A stretch of DNA of 64,000 nt from an uncultured Clostridium sp. (GCA_964449925.1 CAYVCM010000001.1:10306-74305); one strand, 5' to 3'; shown: positions 10,413-22,030, counted from the first letter of the stretch. Notes: a model not told the origin generated them from the sequence alone. Program-made: numbers and translations.

Positions 10413-10922
10413 TTAACTTTTATGTTTTTTCTCTTTTTTCTTGTAGCTAAATAGTAAGCCTATGCTAATTGCTAATACAATTTGTACTATTCCTATAATT
10501 ACAATTCTGTCATTTCTGTCTAGTCCTGTTGATACTGTAATTATCATATTTGATGTTGAGCTGTTGTCATCTGTGTTTACATCATCATATCCTGCTGGGT
10601 TGTATAGGTCACTTATGATTACTAAGTTTTCTTTTTCTCCAAAGTTGCTGCTTCCTCCCTCACATCTTAATACTATTTCTATTTCTTCATATTCTCCTGG
10701 TTGGATTGTTGTATCTGCTAATGCATCTGTTACTAATACTCCGTTTTTTTCTTCCCATACTATATCATTGTCTTCTTGATAGTATGTGTATCCTGCTGGG
10801 ATTACTTCTACTATTTCTTTTGCTGTTCCTTCTATTTCTCCTGTGTTTGTTACTCTTATTTTGTATGTTATTTTTATGCTTGCTGTTTCTGCTTTTGTTC
10901 TATGGATACTTACCATGTACAT
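10413..10922 (-). pseudogene. C-terminal remnant of an A-type giant surface-protein paralog (DUF11-like domain, sorting signal and TM anchor)
   Basis: The 169-aa ORF aligns with the C-termini of the 36729-45476 A-part and of the 49798-54726 protein. The shared pattern is Y.I.VTN.GE...PGE..E...VL...I.VSTG, then a TM helix, then KKKEKKHKS. It has no N-terminal signal peptide or upstream domains. Confidence 0.55.
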
Positions 10923-11019
10923 TTCATCTTGTGTGTCTATACTTTGTGAGCCTTGACTTATTGCATTTACTGTTGCTTTAAATTTTTGACATGCTTTTTT
11001 ATATTAAAAACAGAAAAAT

Positions 11020-13044
11020 TTAGCTTTCTATTTCTGAAAAATATTCATTAATTCTATTAATTAATTCTTGTTTAGTTTCTTCCATAGTCATACCCTCTAC
11101 CTGTGCTCCAGCCAAAGTTATATGACCACCACCACCTAATTTTTCAAGAATCACTTGTACATTAACATCTCCTATTGACCTTCCACTAATGCAAATTTTA
11201 TTTCCTACTTTTCCCATAACAAATGAAGCTGTTATATCACTAATTGTTAATAGCTCATCTGCTGCTTTAGCACATATCAAACTTGCTTCTTTGTCTTTCT
11301 TTTCATATGTTGCAATAGCTATGGTGTCATTTACAATTTCTGCTTTTTTTACAATAGCTGAAATTTTATTATATGTGTCTAAATCACTTTGGAACCATTT
11401 TTTTACTCTAATAATATTAACTCCACATCTACGCAAATATGCAGCTGCTTCAAAAGTTCTAACACCAGTTTTAAATGTAAAGTTTTTTGTATCCATCATT
11501 ATTCCAGCATATAGACTTTCTGCTTCAATTGTTTTTAAGTCTACATTTACTTCTGCATATTGTAATAATTCTGTTACTAATTCTGCTGCTGATGATGCAT
11601 ATACTTCTTGGAATGTTAATGTTGCATTTTCTATATAATCTGCACTTCTTCTATGATGGTCTATAATTACTATTTTCTCTGTTCTTTTTAATAGTTCTGG
11701 TGCTTCTACATATGTTGTTTTATGTGTATCAAGTACCACAACTAAAGTTTCATTATCTATATTTTCTTCTGCAACTTCTTTTGTGATTAATATGTCTTCA
11801 TATTCAGGATCTTTTTCTAAATCTTCTTTAAAGCTTTGTAATGTACTTGTTTCATCACTGTCAATCACATATGCTTTTTTGCCTAAACTTTTTGCTAATC
11901 TATAAATCCCCATACTTGATCCCATAGAATCGATGTCTGGATTTGTATGACCCATTATCATAACTTTACTTGCATCTTTTATTAAATTTTCTAATGCATG
12001 TGCTACAACTCTTGCCTTTACTTTTGTCCTTCTTGCAACTTCTTGAGCTCTTCCTCCATAAAATTTATAAATCTCGTTTTCTCTAACAACTGCTTGGTCT
12101 CCACCACGACCTAATACAATATCCATAGCAGCTTGTGCAGATCTATATTTTTCTCTGTCTGTTGTTCCATCATTTGATATAGCTATACTTAATGTGATTT
12201 GTACATTTCCTTTTGTCTTTATCTCTTTTACTTTGTCTAAGATACGAAATTTATCTTCTTTCATTTTTTCAAAATATCTTTGTTCAAATAAGTATACATA
12301 TCTATCTCTTTCTGTTTTGATTAATACACCATTTGCTTGGTCTGTCCATTCATATACATATTTATCTATTTCTGCTGTTACTTGTGGTTTTTCTTTGCTT
12401 TCTAGCTGTTGAATGGTATCTTCATAATTATCTATCATAATTATGGTTACACAAGATTTAGAGTCTTTACATTCTTTTTCTAATGTTACTTTTTCTGTTT
12501 CGTCTATAAAATATAACATTATCATGTATTTATCAGCATGTTTCTTATCATATTTTCTAGAATGTACAAATTTTCCTAATACTTCATAATATTTGTTGTT
12601 TATTTCTATATGTTTTTTTATTTCTTTTTCTCTTGACGTGTCTTTTTCAGTTTCTTTTATGTCTAATTGTATGTCTTCTACTAAGTTGTCTAGATATTTG
12701 TTGATATCTATATCACTAAATTCATATGTGAATTTTGCACTTCTCCATATGATGTTTCCGTTTGATTCCATTATTATTAATGGAAATGGTGAGTTTATTA
12801 AACTGCTTTTTGCTGCTGTGTCTGCTGATAATGTTAGGTCTTGCAATGTTTCTGATATTTCGCTTTTTCTTCTATTATTTGTGTAATATGCATATGCTAC
12901 AATAGCAATAAATATTAATATTGATGGTATAATCATGTTGATGTTTTCTATGCATACAATTACAAATAATATGAATATTATTGCTAAGTATATTTTTGTT
13001 TTTGATAATAGTTTATCAAAAATTTTTCTACTGGTATTTTGCAT
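11020..13044 (-). CDS. gdpP: Cyclic-di-AMP phosphodiesterase GdpP (DHH/DHHA1)
   Basis: 674 aa with two N-terminal TM helices, a degenerate GGDEF-like region, a DHH motif (IIDHHRR) and a DHHA1 GGGGH motif. It lies upstream of rplI-dnaB, matching the conserved yybT-rplI-dnaC block. Confidence 0.9.
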   Translation of the reverse strand: MQNTSRKIFDKLLSKTKIYLAIIFILFVIVCIENINMIIPSILIFIAIVAYAYYTNNRRKSEISETLQDLTLSADTAAKSSLINSPFPLIIMESNGNIIWRSAKFTYEFSDIDINKYLDNLVEDIQLDIKETEKDTSREKEIKKHIEINNKYYEVLGKFVHSRKYDKKHADKYMIMLYFIDETEKVTLEKECKDSKSCVTIIMIDNYEDTIQQLESKEKPQVTAEIDKYVYEWTDQANGVLIKTERDRYVYLFEQRYFEKMKEDKFRILDKVKEIKTKGNVQITLSIAISNDGTTDREKYRSAQAAMDIVLGRGGDQAVVRENEIYKFYGGRAQEVARRTKVKARVVAHALENLIKDASKVMIMGHTNPDIDSMGSSMGIYRLAKSLGKKAYVIDSDETSTLQSFKEDLEKDPEYEDILITKEVAEENIDNETLVVVLDTHKTTYVEAPELLKRTEKIVIIDHHRRSADYIENATLTFQEVYASSAAELVTELLQYAEVNVDLKTIEAESLYAGIMMDTKNFTFKTGVRTFEAAAYLRRCGVNIIRVKKWFQSDLDTYNKISAIVKKAEIVNDTIAIATYEKKDKEASLICAKAADELLTISDITASFVMGKVGNKICISGRSIGDVNVQVILEKLGGGGHITLAGAQVEGMTMEETKQELINRINEYFSEIES

Positions 13045-13198
13045 ATATAAACTTCTCCTTATATTTATTCTATTATATTTTACTTATAAATAGGGGTTTT
13101 GTCAAGTTTTCCAATATTTTTCAAAATAACAATTGTTTTTTTTTATAATATATATTAAAATTAGTTTAGATTACACATAAATGGATAAGGTGATTTTT

Positions 13199-13417
13199 AT
13201 GAAAAGATTTTTATTAAAAAATAATAAAGGAGCTATAACATTATTTGTATTAATTTCTATGCTCTTTTTTATGGTTGTACTTAGTAGTCTTTTTATGACT
13301 ACTAGTAATCAGAAACAGTCTCAAACATCAGAATTAGATAAAATAAAACAAGAATATGAGAACTCTGTTGATAATATTGACCAAATCTATAATAACACAT
13401 TGGCTAATCAATCTTAG
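13199..13417 (+). CDS. Small hypothetical membrane protein
   Basis: The likely start is the second ATG at 13199, with an AAGGTGA RBS 7 nt upstream. There is one TM helix. A rho-independent terminator follows the gene. Confidence 0.4.
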   Translation: MKRFLLKNNKGAITLFVLISMLFFMVVLSSLFMTTSNQKQSQTSELDKIKQEYENSVDNIDQIYNNTLANQS

Positions 13418-13463
13418 TCATATTCATCTATGTTATGAGGATGCTTAACCTTGTTGTATACGG

Positions 13464-13518
13464 AAAAATCTTATATAGCGTCAAGATAAAAGTCGATTTT
13501 TCCTATACAATCAAAAAA
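13464..13518 (-). promoter_or_regulatory. Conserved ~55-bp intergenic motif, copy II (downstream of rpoC)
   Basis: AAAAATCTTATATAGCGTCAAGATAAAAGTCGATTTTTCCTATACAATCAAAAAA is about 90% identical to 4092-4144. Read on the minus strand it contains TTGACG-N18-TATACA. Confidence 0.4.
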
Positions 13519-13553
13519 AGTTGCTAAAATTTGTATTTTAGCAACTTTTTTTG
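13519..13553. terminator. Bidirectional rho-independent terminator shared by rpoC (-) and the small plus-strand ORF
   Basis: Stem AGTTGCTAAAAT, loop TTGT, stem ATTTTAGCAACT. A-runs and T-runs flank it on both sides. Confidence 0.7.
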
Positions 13554-13620
13554 ATATAGGAAATTTTATCTTAATCTGATATAAAATTTTTCCATATACA
13601 AGAAGGTTAGGTATTTTTAC

Positions 13621-16600
13621 TTATTCCATATTTTCTGTGTCTGCAACTTGTTCTAATTCTTTTTCTGTATTAATATGAATACTTTGATATTTTTGCATAC
13701 CTGTTCCTGCTGGAATTAATTTACCAATGATAACATTTTCTTTTAATCCGATTAAGTCATCTACTTTACCTTTAACAGCTGCATCTGTAAGTACTCTTGT
13801 AGTCTCTTGGAATGATGCTGCTGATAAGAAACTATCTGTTGCAAGAGCAGCTTTTGTAATACCAAGTAATACTCTTTTTCCTGTTGCAGGTCTCTTGCCT
13901 TGTGCAACTGCTTCTGCATTTTTATCTTCGAATTCATACATATCAATTAATGAACCTGGGAACATATCTGTATCTGCATTGTCTTCAACTCTTACTTTTT
14001 TAAGCATTTGTCTACCAATAACTTCGATATGTTTATCATTAATGTCAACACCTTGATTTCTATATACTTTTTGCACTTCTGAAATCAAGTATTCGTATAC
14101 TCCTTCTGGTCCTTTTAATGTTAGAATTTCAGATGGGTTTATTGAACCTTCGATTAATGGTTCACCAACTTCTACCATGTCTCCATCTCTTACTTTCATT
14201 TTTGATCCAAATGGAATAGTATATGATTTTGAATTGTCTTTACTTGTAACAATTACTTCTTTCTTTTTCTTTGTTTCTTTAATTTTTACTTTACCTTCAA
14301 TTTCTGAAATGATTGCAAGTCCTTTTGGTTTTCTAGCTTCGAATAATTCTTCTACCCTTGGAAGACCTTGTGTAATATCTGCTACACCTGCTACACCTCC
14401 AGAGTGAATTGTTCTCATTGTAAGCTGTGTACCTGGTTCACCAATAGATTGTGCTGCTATAATACCAATAGCTTCACCAATAGATACTAAATCTCTTCTT
14501 GCTAATCCCATACCATAACATTTTTGGCACACACCATGTTTTGAATGACATCCAAGAACTGAACGCACTTGTAATTTTTCGATTCCAGCTGCTACGATTT
14601 CGTCTGCAATTTTTTCTGTAATCATTGTATTTGAGTCTACAATTAGCTCTTTTGTTTCTGGATTATATACATCTTCAACTGGGAATCTTCCTAGTAATCT
14701 TTCTTGCATTTTTTCAATAACTTGTTGTCCATCTTTAATGTCATATACAATAATTCCTTCACTTGTTCCACAATCATGTTCTCTTACTATAATGTCTTGT
14801 GATACATCAACTAATCTTCTTGTTAAGTATCCAGAGTCGGCTGTTCTTAATGCTGTATCTGAAAGTCCTTTTCTAGCACCATGGGCAGAAATGAAGTACT
14901 CTAATGCGTCTAATCCTTCTGCGAATGATGATTTGATTGGTATTTCTACTGCTTTACCTGTTGTACTTGCCATTAGTCCACGCATACCAGCAATTTGTCT
15001 TAATTGGCTCATATTTCCTCTGGCTCCAGATTTAACCATCATATATATTGGGTTTAATTCATCAAAGTTTTCTTCCATGGCATCACTAACTTTGTTAGTT
15101 GTATCTTCCCATACTTTGATAACTTCTGAGTAACGCTCTTCGTTTGTAATTAAACCTCTTGCAAATTGTTTTCTAATGTTTTCTATTTTTTCATCTGCTT
15201 CATTTAAGAAACCTTTTTTAGCTTCTGGAACTTGTACATCACTCATAGAGAATGTAATACCTGCTAATGTAGAATACTTGAATCCTAGAGCTTTAATATA
15301 ATCTATTACTTCTGCTGATTCTGTTAATCCATGTGTTCTGATTACTCTTTCAATTATATTTCCCATAGATTTTTTCATAACAGGGAAACTAATTTCATAT
15401 TGGAATGGATCTTCTTTTCTATCAATAAATCCTAAATCTTGTGGGATTCCTTGGTTAAAGATAATTCTTCCAACACTTGTTTCTACTTTCTTTGTTTTGA
15501 TTTCACCATCAATTTCTTTAGAAATTCTAACATGAATTTTTGCATGGATTCCTACTTCATGGTTTTCAAATGCCATTAGGGCTTCTTCTGGGTCTTTATA
15601 ATAAGTTCCTTCTCCTTTTTCTCCATCTAATACCATTGTTAAATAGTAGCTTCCTAAAATCATGTCTAGTCTTGGTACTGCAACTGGTTTACCATCTTGT
15701 GGTTTTAGTAAGTTGTTTGTTGAAAGCATTAAATATCTAGATTCTGCTTGTGCTTCTGGTGATAATGGTAAATGTACTGCCATTTGGTCACCGTCAAAGT
15801 CAGCATTGAATGCTTCACATACTAATGGGTGAAGTTTTATGGCTCTACCTTCTACTAATACTGGTTCAAAACTTTGAATTCCTAATCTATGTAGTGTAGG
15901 TGCACGGTTTAACATAACTGGGTGATCTTTTATAACTTCTTCTAATATTCCCCATACTTCTGGTTTTAATCTTTCTACCATTCTTTTTGCATTTTTGATG
16001 TTTTGTGCAATTCCTCTTCCAACTAATTCTCTCATAACAAATGGTTTAAATAATTCAACTGCCATTTCTTTTGGAAGTCCACATTGATAAATTTTAAGTT
16101 CTGGTCCTACTACAATAACAGAACGTCCTGAATAGTCAACACGCTTACCAAGTAAGTTTTGACGGAAACGACCTTGTTTTCCTTTTAATAAATCTGATAA
16201 AGATTTTAATGGTCTGTTTCCAGCACCTGTTACTGGTCTACCTCTTCTTCCATTGTCAATTAGGGCATCTACTGATTCTTGTAACATTCTTTTTTCATTT
16301 CTAACAATGATTTCTGGTGCTCCTAATTCTAATAGTCTTTTTAATCTGTTATTTCTGTTGATAACTCTTCTGTATAAGTCATTTAGGTCTGATGTTGCAA
16401 ATCTACCACCATCTAATTGAACCATAGGTCTTAAATCTGGTGGAATAACTGGGATTACATTCATAATCATCCATTCAGGTCTATTTCCTGAAAGTCTAAA
16501 TGCTTCTACTGTATCTAGTCTTTTTACAAGTTTGCTTTTCTTTTGCTCACTTGCTTTTTCTAGTTCTTTTCTAATTTGTAATGATAGTTTTTCAACATCA

Positions 16601-17148
16601 ATTTGCTCTAATAATTCTCTTAAAGCTTCTGCTCCCATTTTTGCTTTGAATGAACCTCTACCATATTTTTCTTCTGCTTCATGATATTCTTTTTCATTTA
16701 AAACTTGGCATTTTTCTAAATCTGTTGTTCCTTTGTCAATTACTACATAAGAAGCAAAATATATGATTCTTTCTAGGTTTCTTGGTGAAATGTCAAGTAA
16801 TAATGCAATTCTACTTGGTATACCTTTAAAATACCATATATGTGCTACTGGTGCAGCTAATTCGATATGCCCCATTCTTTCTCTTCTGACTTTTGATTTT
16901 GTTACTTCAACACCACATCTGTCACATACTATTCCTTTATATCTAACCCTTTTATATTTACCACAGTGACATTCCCAGTCTTTTGTTGGACCAAATATTC
17001 TTTCACAGAAAAGTCCATCTTTTTCTGGTTTTAGTGTTCTGTAATTAATTGTTTCTGGTTTTTTTACTTCCCCTTTTGACCATTCTCTGATTTTTTCGTC
17101 TGATGCGATTCCAATTTTTAGTTTATCAAAAATATCTAATTCGTCCAC
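13621..17148 (-). CDS. rpoC: DNA-directed RNA polymerase subunit beta-prime
   Basis: Canonical motifs [57 protein letters not shown] and [12 protein letters not shown]. The ORF is open back to 17220, but the conserved N-terminus and a GGGGGA RBS point to a GTG start at 17148. Confidence 0.96.
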   Translation of the reverse strand: MDELDIFDKLKIGIASDEKIREWSKGEVKKPETINYRTLKPEKDGLFCERIFGPTKDWECHCGKYKRVRYKGIVCDRCGVEVTKSKVRRERMGHIELAAPVAHIWYFKGIPSRIALLLDISPRNLERIIYFASYVVIDKGTTDLEKCQVLNEKEYHEAEEKYGRGSFKAKMGAEALRELLEQIDVEKLSLQIRKELEKASEQKKSKLVKRLDTVEAFRLSGNRPEWMIMNVIPVIPPDLRPMVQLDGGRFATSDLNDLYRRVINRNNRLKRLLELGAPEIIVRNEKRMLQESVDALIDNGRRGRPVTGAGNRPLKSLSDLLKGKQGRFRQNLLGKRVDYSGRSVIVVGPELKIYQCGLPKEMAVELFKPFVMRELVGRGIAQNIKNAKRMVERLKPEVWGILEEVIKDHPVMLNRAPTLHRLGIQSFEPVLVEGRAIKLHPLVCEAFNADFDGDQMAVHLPLSPEAQAESRYLMLSTNNLLKPQDGKPVAVPRLDMILGSYYLTMVLDGEKGEGTYYKDPEEALMAFENHEVGIHAKIHVRISKEIDGEIKTKKVETSVGRIIFNQGIPQDLGFIDRKEDPFQYEISFPVMKKSMGNIIERVIRTHGLTESAEVIDYIKALGFKYSTLAGITFSMSDVQVPEAKKGFLNEADEKIENIRKQFARGLITNEERYSEVIKVWEDTTNKVSDAMEENFDELNPIYMMVKSGARGNMSQLRQIAGMRGLMASTTGKAVEIPIKSSFAEGLDALEYFISAHGARKGLSDTALRTADSGYLTRRLVDVSQDIIVREHDCGTSEGIIVYDIKDGQQVIEKMQERLLGRFPVEDVYNPETKELIVDSNTMITEKIADEIVAAGIEKLQVRSVLGCHSKHGVCQKCYGMGLARRDLVSIGEAIGIIAAQSIGEPGTQLTMRTIHSGGVAGVADITQGLPRVEELFEARKPKGLAIISEIEGKVKIKETKKKKEVIVTSKDNSKSYTIPFGSKMKVRDGDMVEVGEPLIEGSINPSEILTLKGPEGVYEYLISEVQKVYRNQGVDINDKHIEVIGRQMLKKVRVEDNADTDMFPGSLIDMYEFEDKNAEAVAQGKRPATGKRVLLGITKAALATDSFLSAASFQETTRVLTDAAVKGKVDDLIGLKENVIIGKLIPAGTGMQKYQSIHINTEKELEQVADTENME

Positions 17149-17245
17149 TTTATTTCCCCCTAAATAAGTTTTTTTAGGTAATTCTAAAACAGTTAAGAGG
17201 TCTGGCCACTGCTGGTGCAATTCCTTTCTGTCGCCTCTTTCCTTT

Positions 17246-17269
17246 TTAGAATTTATTCAATTAATTTTT
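17246..17269. repeat. 24-bp direct repeat, copy A, flanking the rpoB-rpoC insertion
   Basis: TTAGAATTTATTCAATTAATTTTT is identical to 17825-17848. Confidence 0.85.
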
Positions 17270-17752
17270 CAAACTGTTATAAAAACTTTTTCTGTATTCT
17301 TCTATTTTCTCATAGCTTACAATTCCAATTTTAAAAATTATTTGTTCGTTTTGTATTTTATAAATAACATCTGTTTTTACTATACTATCTCTATTTAGAT
17401 TATTTGATTCATCTTTTTCTAATAATTTATTAGTTTTAAACTTTAGTTTATTTAGATTAGATGATACAAGCATACCAAAATTTTCTATTGGAACAGCAGT
17501 ATTATCTTGATCTATTATTACAAAAAAATGATTACTACCTATTTTACCATCAGGATAACTATACTCTCTAACAAAAACAATATCTCCAATTTCATAAGGA
17601 TTATATGATTCATTATTCTCTTTTAGCACATTTTCAATTTTTCCTTTGTGCCATTCTTCCTCAACTGGATATTCTTCAAAAGCATCTTTTAAGTCTTTTA
17701 CTCTTCCATATTCATAAGCGGTTTTTAAAAAATCACTTAATTCTTTTTCCAT
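17261..17752 (-). CDS. Hypothetical protein inserted between rpoB and rpoC, with weak PemK/MazF-like toxin-fold similarity
   Basis: 163-aa ORF with an AAAGGAG RBS 11 nt upstream of the ATG. The segment IGDIVFVREYSYPDGKIGSNHFFVIID resembles the GD-[IV]-x-x-[VA]-x-F...G.E..K.RP.V[VI] N-terminal strand pattern of PemK/MazF/CcdB-fold proteins. There is an extra 50-aa N-terminal extension. Confidence 0.55.
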   Translation of the reverse strand: MEKELSDFLKTAYEYGRVKDLKDAFEEYPVEEEWHKGKIENVLKENNESYNPYEIGDIVFVREYSYPDGKIGSNHFFVIIDQDNTAVPIENFGMLVSSNLNKLKFKTNKLLEKDESNNLNRDSIVKTDVIYKIQNEQIIFKIGIVSYEKIEEYRKSFYNSLKN

Positions 17753-17824
17753 TGATTGTTAGTCTCCTTTCGATTTATTTAATAATAAGTAAACAAAATT
17801 TTTTATAAATAGAGATTTTTCCAT

Positions 17825-17848
17825 TTAGAATTTATTCAATTAATTTTT
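17825..17848. repeat. 24-bp direct repeat, copy B, abutting the rpoB stop codon
   Basis: TTAGAATTTATTCAATTAATTTTT is identical to 17246-17269. Confidence 0.85.
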
Positions 17849-20800
17849 TATATAATATCATTATCAAAATTATCTTCTGCTAAATCACCATCCAAAAGCA
17901 TGTCATCCTCTTCGTCATCTAAGCTTTCAAATAGTTCATCATTGCCATCGTCTAACATATCATCTTCTTCAATTTCTTCTGTATATCCATCTTCTAAATC
18001 TCCATCTTCGACAACAACTTCTTCCTCTTCGTGTTCATATTTTTTGTCTTTTTCTGGATCGTATTCGATGCCTTCTTCTATATTTTCTTTTAGTTCTAGT
18101 TCTTGATTATCTTCAGAGAATAAACGAACATCTAATCCTAAAGATTGTAATTCTTTTACTAGTACTTTAAAGCTTTCTGGAACACCTGGTTCTGGAACAT
18201 TTTCACCTTTTACGATTGCTTCATATGTTTTTACTCTTCCTACTACATCGTCAGATTTAACTGTTAACATTTCTTGTAGTGTATATGATGCACCATATGC
18301 CTCTAATGCCCAAACTTCCATTTCTCCAAAACGTTGTCCACCAAATTGTGCTTTTCCACCTAAAGGTTGTTGTGTTACTAGTGAGTATGGTCCTGTTGAA
18401 CGAGCATGGATTTTGTCGTCTACTAAGTGATGTAGTTTTAACATGTACATAACACCAACTGTAATTGGGCTTGCAAATGGTTCTCCTGTTCTACCATCAT
18501 ATAGTGTTGTTTTTCCATCTTTGTTCATTCCCGCTTCTGCTAATAATTGTTCAACATCTTCTTGTGTTGCACCATCAAATACTGGTGTAGATACATGCCA
18601 TCCTAATGCTTTTGCTGCTCCTCCTAAGTGAACTTCTAGCACTTGTCCTAAGTTCATACGAGATGGAACTCCAAGAGGGTTTAGTAAGATATCAATTGGT
18701 GTACCGTCTGGCATAAATGGCATATCTTCTTCTGGTAATACTCTTGAAATAACACCTTTGTTACCATGTCTACCTGCCATTTTATCTCCGACTGATATTT
18801 TTCTTTTTGTTGCAATATAACATCTAATAATTTGATTAACACCAGGTCCTAATTCATCAGAGTTTTCTCTTGTAAATATTTTAACATCTACAATTGTTCC
18901 TGCTTCTCCATGAGGTACTCTTAGTGAAGTGTCTCTAACTTCTCTTGCTTTTTCTCCAAAGATGGCTCTTAATAGTCTTTCTTCAGCAGTTAATTCTGTT
19001 TCTCCTTTTGGTGTTACTTTTCCAACTAGAATGTCTCCTGGTCTAACTTCTGCACCAATACGGATAATTCCGTTTTCATCTAAGTCTTTTAGTGAGTCAT
19101 CTCCAATGTTTGGAATGTCTCTTGTTATTTCTTCTGCTCCTAGTTTTGTGTCTCTACATTCACAATCATATTCTTCTATATGAATAGATGTAAATACATC
19201 TTCTTTTACTAATCTTTCATTTAAAAGAATCGCGTCTTCGTAGTTGTAACCTTCCCATGTTGAGAATGCAACTAATACATTTTTACCTAAAGCCATTTCT
19301 CCATCTTTAGTTGATGGCCCATCTGCAATGGCATCACCTTTTTTAACTTTTTCACCTTTTTTTACAATTGGTTTTTGATTAATACATGTTCCACCATTTG
19401 TTCTTTTAAATTTGCGTAATTTATGTACAACTGTTTTTCCATTATTATATTTAACTGTAATGCTATCTCCTGTTACTTTTTCAATAACACCATCATCTTC
19501 TGCTAATACTAAAATTCCAGAGTCTTTTGCTGCTCTATATTCAATTCCTGTTCCAACAATTGGACTTTCTGTAATCATTAGAGGTACTGCTTGTCGTTGC
19601 ATGTTTGCACCCATTAGAGCTCTTTTTGCATCATCATGCTCTAAGAATGGAATCATTGCTGCAGCAATTGAAACTAATTGTTTTGGTGAAACATCAACAT
19701 ATTGCACATTATCTTTGTCAACTTCAATTACTTCGTTTTTGTATCTAACTCTAATTCTTGGATTTACAAAACTTCCATCTTTATTAATTGGTTCTGAACT
19801 TTGAGCAATAATATAGTTGTCTTCTACATCTGCACTCATATATTCTACAGTGTCTGTTAATTTATGTGTTTCTGGATCTACTTTTCTGTATGGTGTTTCT
19901 ATAAATCCATATTCATTAATTTGTGCAAATGATGATAAAGCTGAAATTAGTCCTATGTTTGGTCCTTCTGGTGATTCTATTGGACATAGTCTACCATAAT
20001 GTGTATAGTGAATATCACGAACCTCAAAACCTGCTCTATCTCTTGTTAATCCTCCAGGTCCTAATGCAGAAATTCTTCTTTTATGTGTTAATTCTGAAAG
20101 TGGGTTTGTTTGGTCCATAAATTGTGATAATTGTGAACTTCCGAAAAATTCTCTAATTGCTGATGTTATTGGTTTTGTATTAATTAAAGTTTGTGGTGTT
20201 ATTACATCTAAATCTTGGATTGTCATTCTTTCACGAACAACTCTTTCTAATCTAGTTAAACCAATTCTAAATTGATTTTGTAATAATTCTCCAACACAAC
20301 GAATTCTACGGTTTGCTAAGTGGTCAATATCATCTGGTTCTCCTAGTCCATGTGATAAGTTTAATAGATAATTAATAGAAGCTATCATGTCTTCAGTTGT
20401 AATATGTTTTGGTACTAATTCATTTTGTCTTTCTTCTATTATTTTTACTAATTCTTTTTTATCTGTGTTATCTATAATGTCTTTTAATACTTGATAATTT
20501 ACCATTTCTTTAAAGTGTAATTTACTTAAATTTACATCTGGTAATACTTTATGAATGTTAACTGTACCATTTCCAATAATTCTAACTGTTCTTTCTCCTA
20601 CTGTTACATCTACAATGTTAATTCCAGAATTTTGGATGTTTTCTGCTATTTCTTCTGTTATAACTTCTCCTGCTTGTACAAATACTTCTCCTGTTTCATC
20701 ATCTACAACATCTTTAGCTGATACTTTTCCTTTAATTCTTCCTGCTAATGATAATTTTTGATTAAATTTGTATCTACCAACTTTTGCTAAATCATATCTT

Positions 20801-21600
20801 CTGTTATCATAAAATAATCCATTAAATAAATTTTTAGCAGCATCTGCTGTTGGAAGTTCTCCTGGTCTTAATTTTTTATAAATTTCAATTAATGCTTCAT
20901 CTTGATCTTTGATAGTATCTTTATTTAATGTTGCTTTTATTAATTCTTCATCACCAAATAGTTCTAACATTTGTGCATCTGTTGCTACACCGATTGCTCT
21001 TATTAATGTAGTTATTGGCACTTTTCTTGTTCTGTCTACACGAACCCAGAAAATGTCGTTTCCATCTGTTTCATATTCTAGCCATGCACCACGAAGTGGC
21101 ATAACTGTTGATGTATATGTTTTCTTTCCTGTTTTTGTGTCAAATTCTTCATCATAATAACATCCTGGTGAACGAACTAATTGGCTAACTACAACTCTTT
21201 CTGCACCGTTAATAATAAATGTACCACTATCTGTCATTAATGGGAAATCGCCTAAGTAGATTTCTTGTTCTTTGATTTCTCCTGTTTCACGGTTAATTAG
21301 CCTTACTTTTACATGTAATCTTGTAGAGTATGTTGCATCTCTTTCTTTTGCTTCTTCTACTGTGTATTTTGTTTTGTCTTCCATGTAGTAGTCGAAAAAT
21401 TCTAGTACAAGATTTCCTGAATAGTCTTCTATTGGAGAAATGTCTTTTAGTACTTCTCCTAATCCTTCTTCTACAAACCATTCGTAAGAGTCTCTTTGTA
21501 CTTTAATTAAGTTTGGCATTTCGATATAGTCGCCAACTTTTGCGAAATCTTTACGAGAAGTTTTCTCGTATTTCACTTCTTTTAACTTCAAGAAAATCAC
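17848..21600 (-). CDS. rpoB: DNA-directed RNA polymerase subunit beta, with an ~85-aa acidic C-terminal extension
   Basis: 1250 aa with canonical rpoB blocks, for example [15 protein letters not shown] and the rifampicin-cluster region [18 protein letters not shown]. The C-terminus is [53 protein letters not shown]. Confidence 0.97.
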   Translation of the reverse strand: MIFLKLKEVKYEKTSRKDFAKVGDYIEMPNLIKVQRDSYEWFVEEGLGEVLKDISPIEDYSGNLVLEFFDYYMEDKTKYTVEEAKERDATYSTRLHVKVRLINRETGEIKEQEIYLGDFPLMTDSGTFIINGAERVVVSQLVRSPGCYYDEEFDTKTGKKTYTSTVMPLRGAWLEYETDGNDIFWVRVDRTRKVPITTLIRAIGVATDAQMLELFGDEELIKATLNKDTIKDQDEALIEIYKKLRPGELPTADAAKNLFNGLFYDNRRYDLAKVGRYKFNQKLSLAGRIKGKVSAKDVVDDETGEVFVQAGEVITEEIAENIQNSGINIVDVTVGERTVRIIGNGTVNIHKVLPDVNLSKLHFKEMVNYQVLKDIIDNTDKKELVKIIEERQNELVPKHITTEDMIASINYLLNLSHGLGEPDDIDHLANRRIRCVGELLQNQFRIGLTRLERVVRERMTIQDLDVITPQTLINTKPITSAIREFFGSSQLSQFMDQTNPLSELTHKRRISALGPGGLTRDRAGFEVRDIHYTHYGRLCPIESPEGPNIGLISALSSFAQINEYGFIETPYRKVDPETHKLTDTVEYMSADVEDNYIIAQSSEPINKDGSFVNPRIRVRYKNEVIEVDKDNVQYVDVSPKQLVSIAAAMIPFLEHDDAKRALMGANMQRQAVPLMITESPIVGTGIEYRAAKDSGILVLAEDDGVIEKVTGDSITVKYNNGKTVVHKLRKFKRTNGGTCINQKPIVKKGEKVKKGDAIADGPSTKDGEMALGKNVLVAFSTWEGYNYEDAILLNERLVKEDVFTSIHIEEYDCECRDTKLGAEEITRDIPNIGDDSLKDLDENGIIRIGAEVRPGDILVGKVTPKGETELTAEERLLRAIFGEKAREVRDTSLRVPHGEAGTIVDVKIFTRENSDELGPGVNQIIRCYIATKRKISVGDKMAGRHGNKGVISRVLPEEDMPFMPDGTPIDILLNPLGVPSRMNLGQVLEVHLGGAAKALGWHVSTPVFDGATQEDVEQLLAEAGMNKDGKTTLYDGRTGEPFASPITVGVMYMLKLHHLVDDKIHARSTGPYSLVTQQPLGGKAQFGGQRFGEMEVWALEAYGASYTLQEMLTVKSDDVVGRVKTYEAIVKGENVPEPGVPESFKVLVKELQSLGLDVRLFSEDNQELELKENIEEGIEYDPEKDKKYEHEEEEVVVEDGDLEDGYTEEIEEDDMLDDGNDELFESLDDEEDDMLLDGDLAEDNFDNDII

Positions 21601-21994
21601 CTCATATAAAATATTAAGCAGAAATAATCATCAACTTGGTTTGTTGATTTAATTTATAGATTAAAAGAAGTCCTTCTTAAATAATAAATTTCTTGTCTAG
21701 GATTTTAAAATTGCCTGCTTTACAATTTTAAATTTTCCTAGGGAAACTTATATTTAATTCCTCTTCTCTTAATTGTTAACATTTGAATAAAATATTTTTG
21801 ATTGTTTGATTTGATTTTGAAAATTGTGATATAAACGGCAATAAAAGAGCTGTCAAAAAATCTAGATTTTTCAACTGGCTCTAACAAAATATTTAATTTA
21901 ATTACAAAATATTGTTATTTATTTTTATCACCTTTTTTGTTTTTTATTTGGCTGTTAAAACTCTCTTTTTTCAAATCTGTATTATTATACAATA

Positions 21995-22030
21995 AAAATC
22001 CTACGGAAGTCAATACTTTCGTAGGATTTT
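21995..22030. terminator. Hairpin terminator downstream of the 22052-22639 gene
   Basis: AAAATCCTACGGAAGT, loop CAAT, ACTTTCGTAGGATTTT. T-rich sequence flanks both sides. Confidence 0.55.

Noticed and set aside
10706-10981. 91-aa Leu-rich plus-strand ORF
   Set aside because: It is antisense to the adhesin remnant, with a low-complexity L/F composition typical of spurious AT-rich ORFs.
13181-13417. Small ORF as a type IV prepilin or pseudopilin
   Set aside because: The N-terminus KGAITLFVLISML superficially resembles a prepilin leader. It lacks the G-F-T-L-x-E cleavage/methylation signature, notably the invariant Glu at +5.
17261-17752. The inserted ORF as the L7Ae-family protein (ybxF) sometimes linked to rpoC
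   Set aside because: ybxF homologs lie downstream of rpoC and are ~80-aa K-turn binders with a conserved sequence. This 163-aa protein shares none of it and is flanked by 24-bp direct repeats.
17900-18106. 68-aa Ser-rich plus-strand ORF
   Set aside because: It is antisense to the GAx/GAT-rich codons of the rpoB acidic tail, a mirror-frame artefact.
21293-21481. 62-aa basic ORF inside rpoB (same strand, other frame) and numerous antisense ORFs inside rpoB, rpoC and the adhesin genes
   Set aside because: They are fully embedded in well-supported long genes and have biased low-complexity composition. They are frame artefacts of AT-rich DNA.
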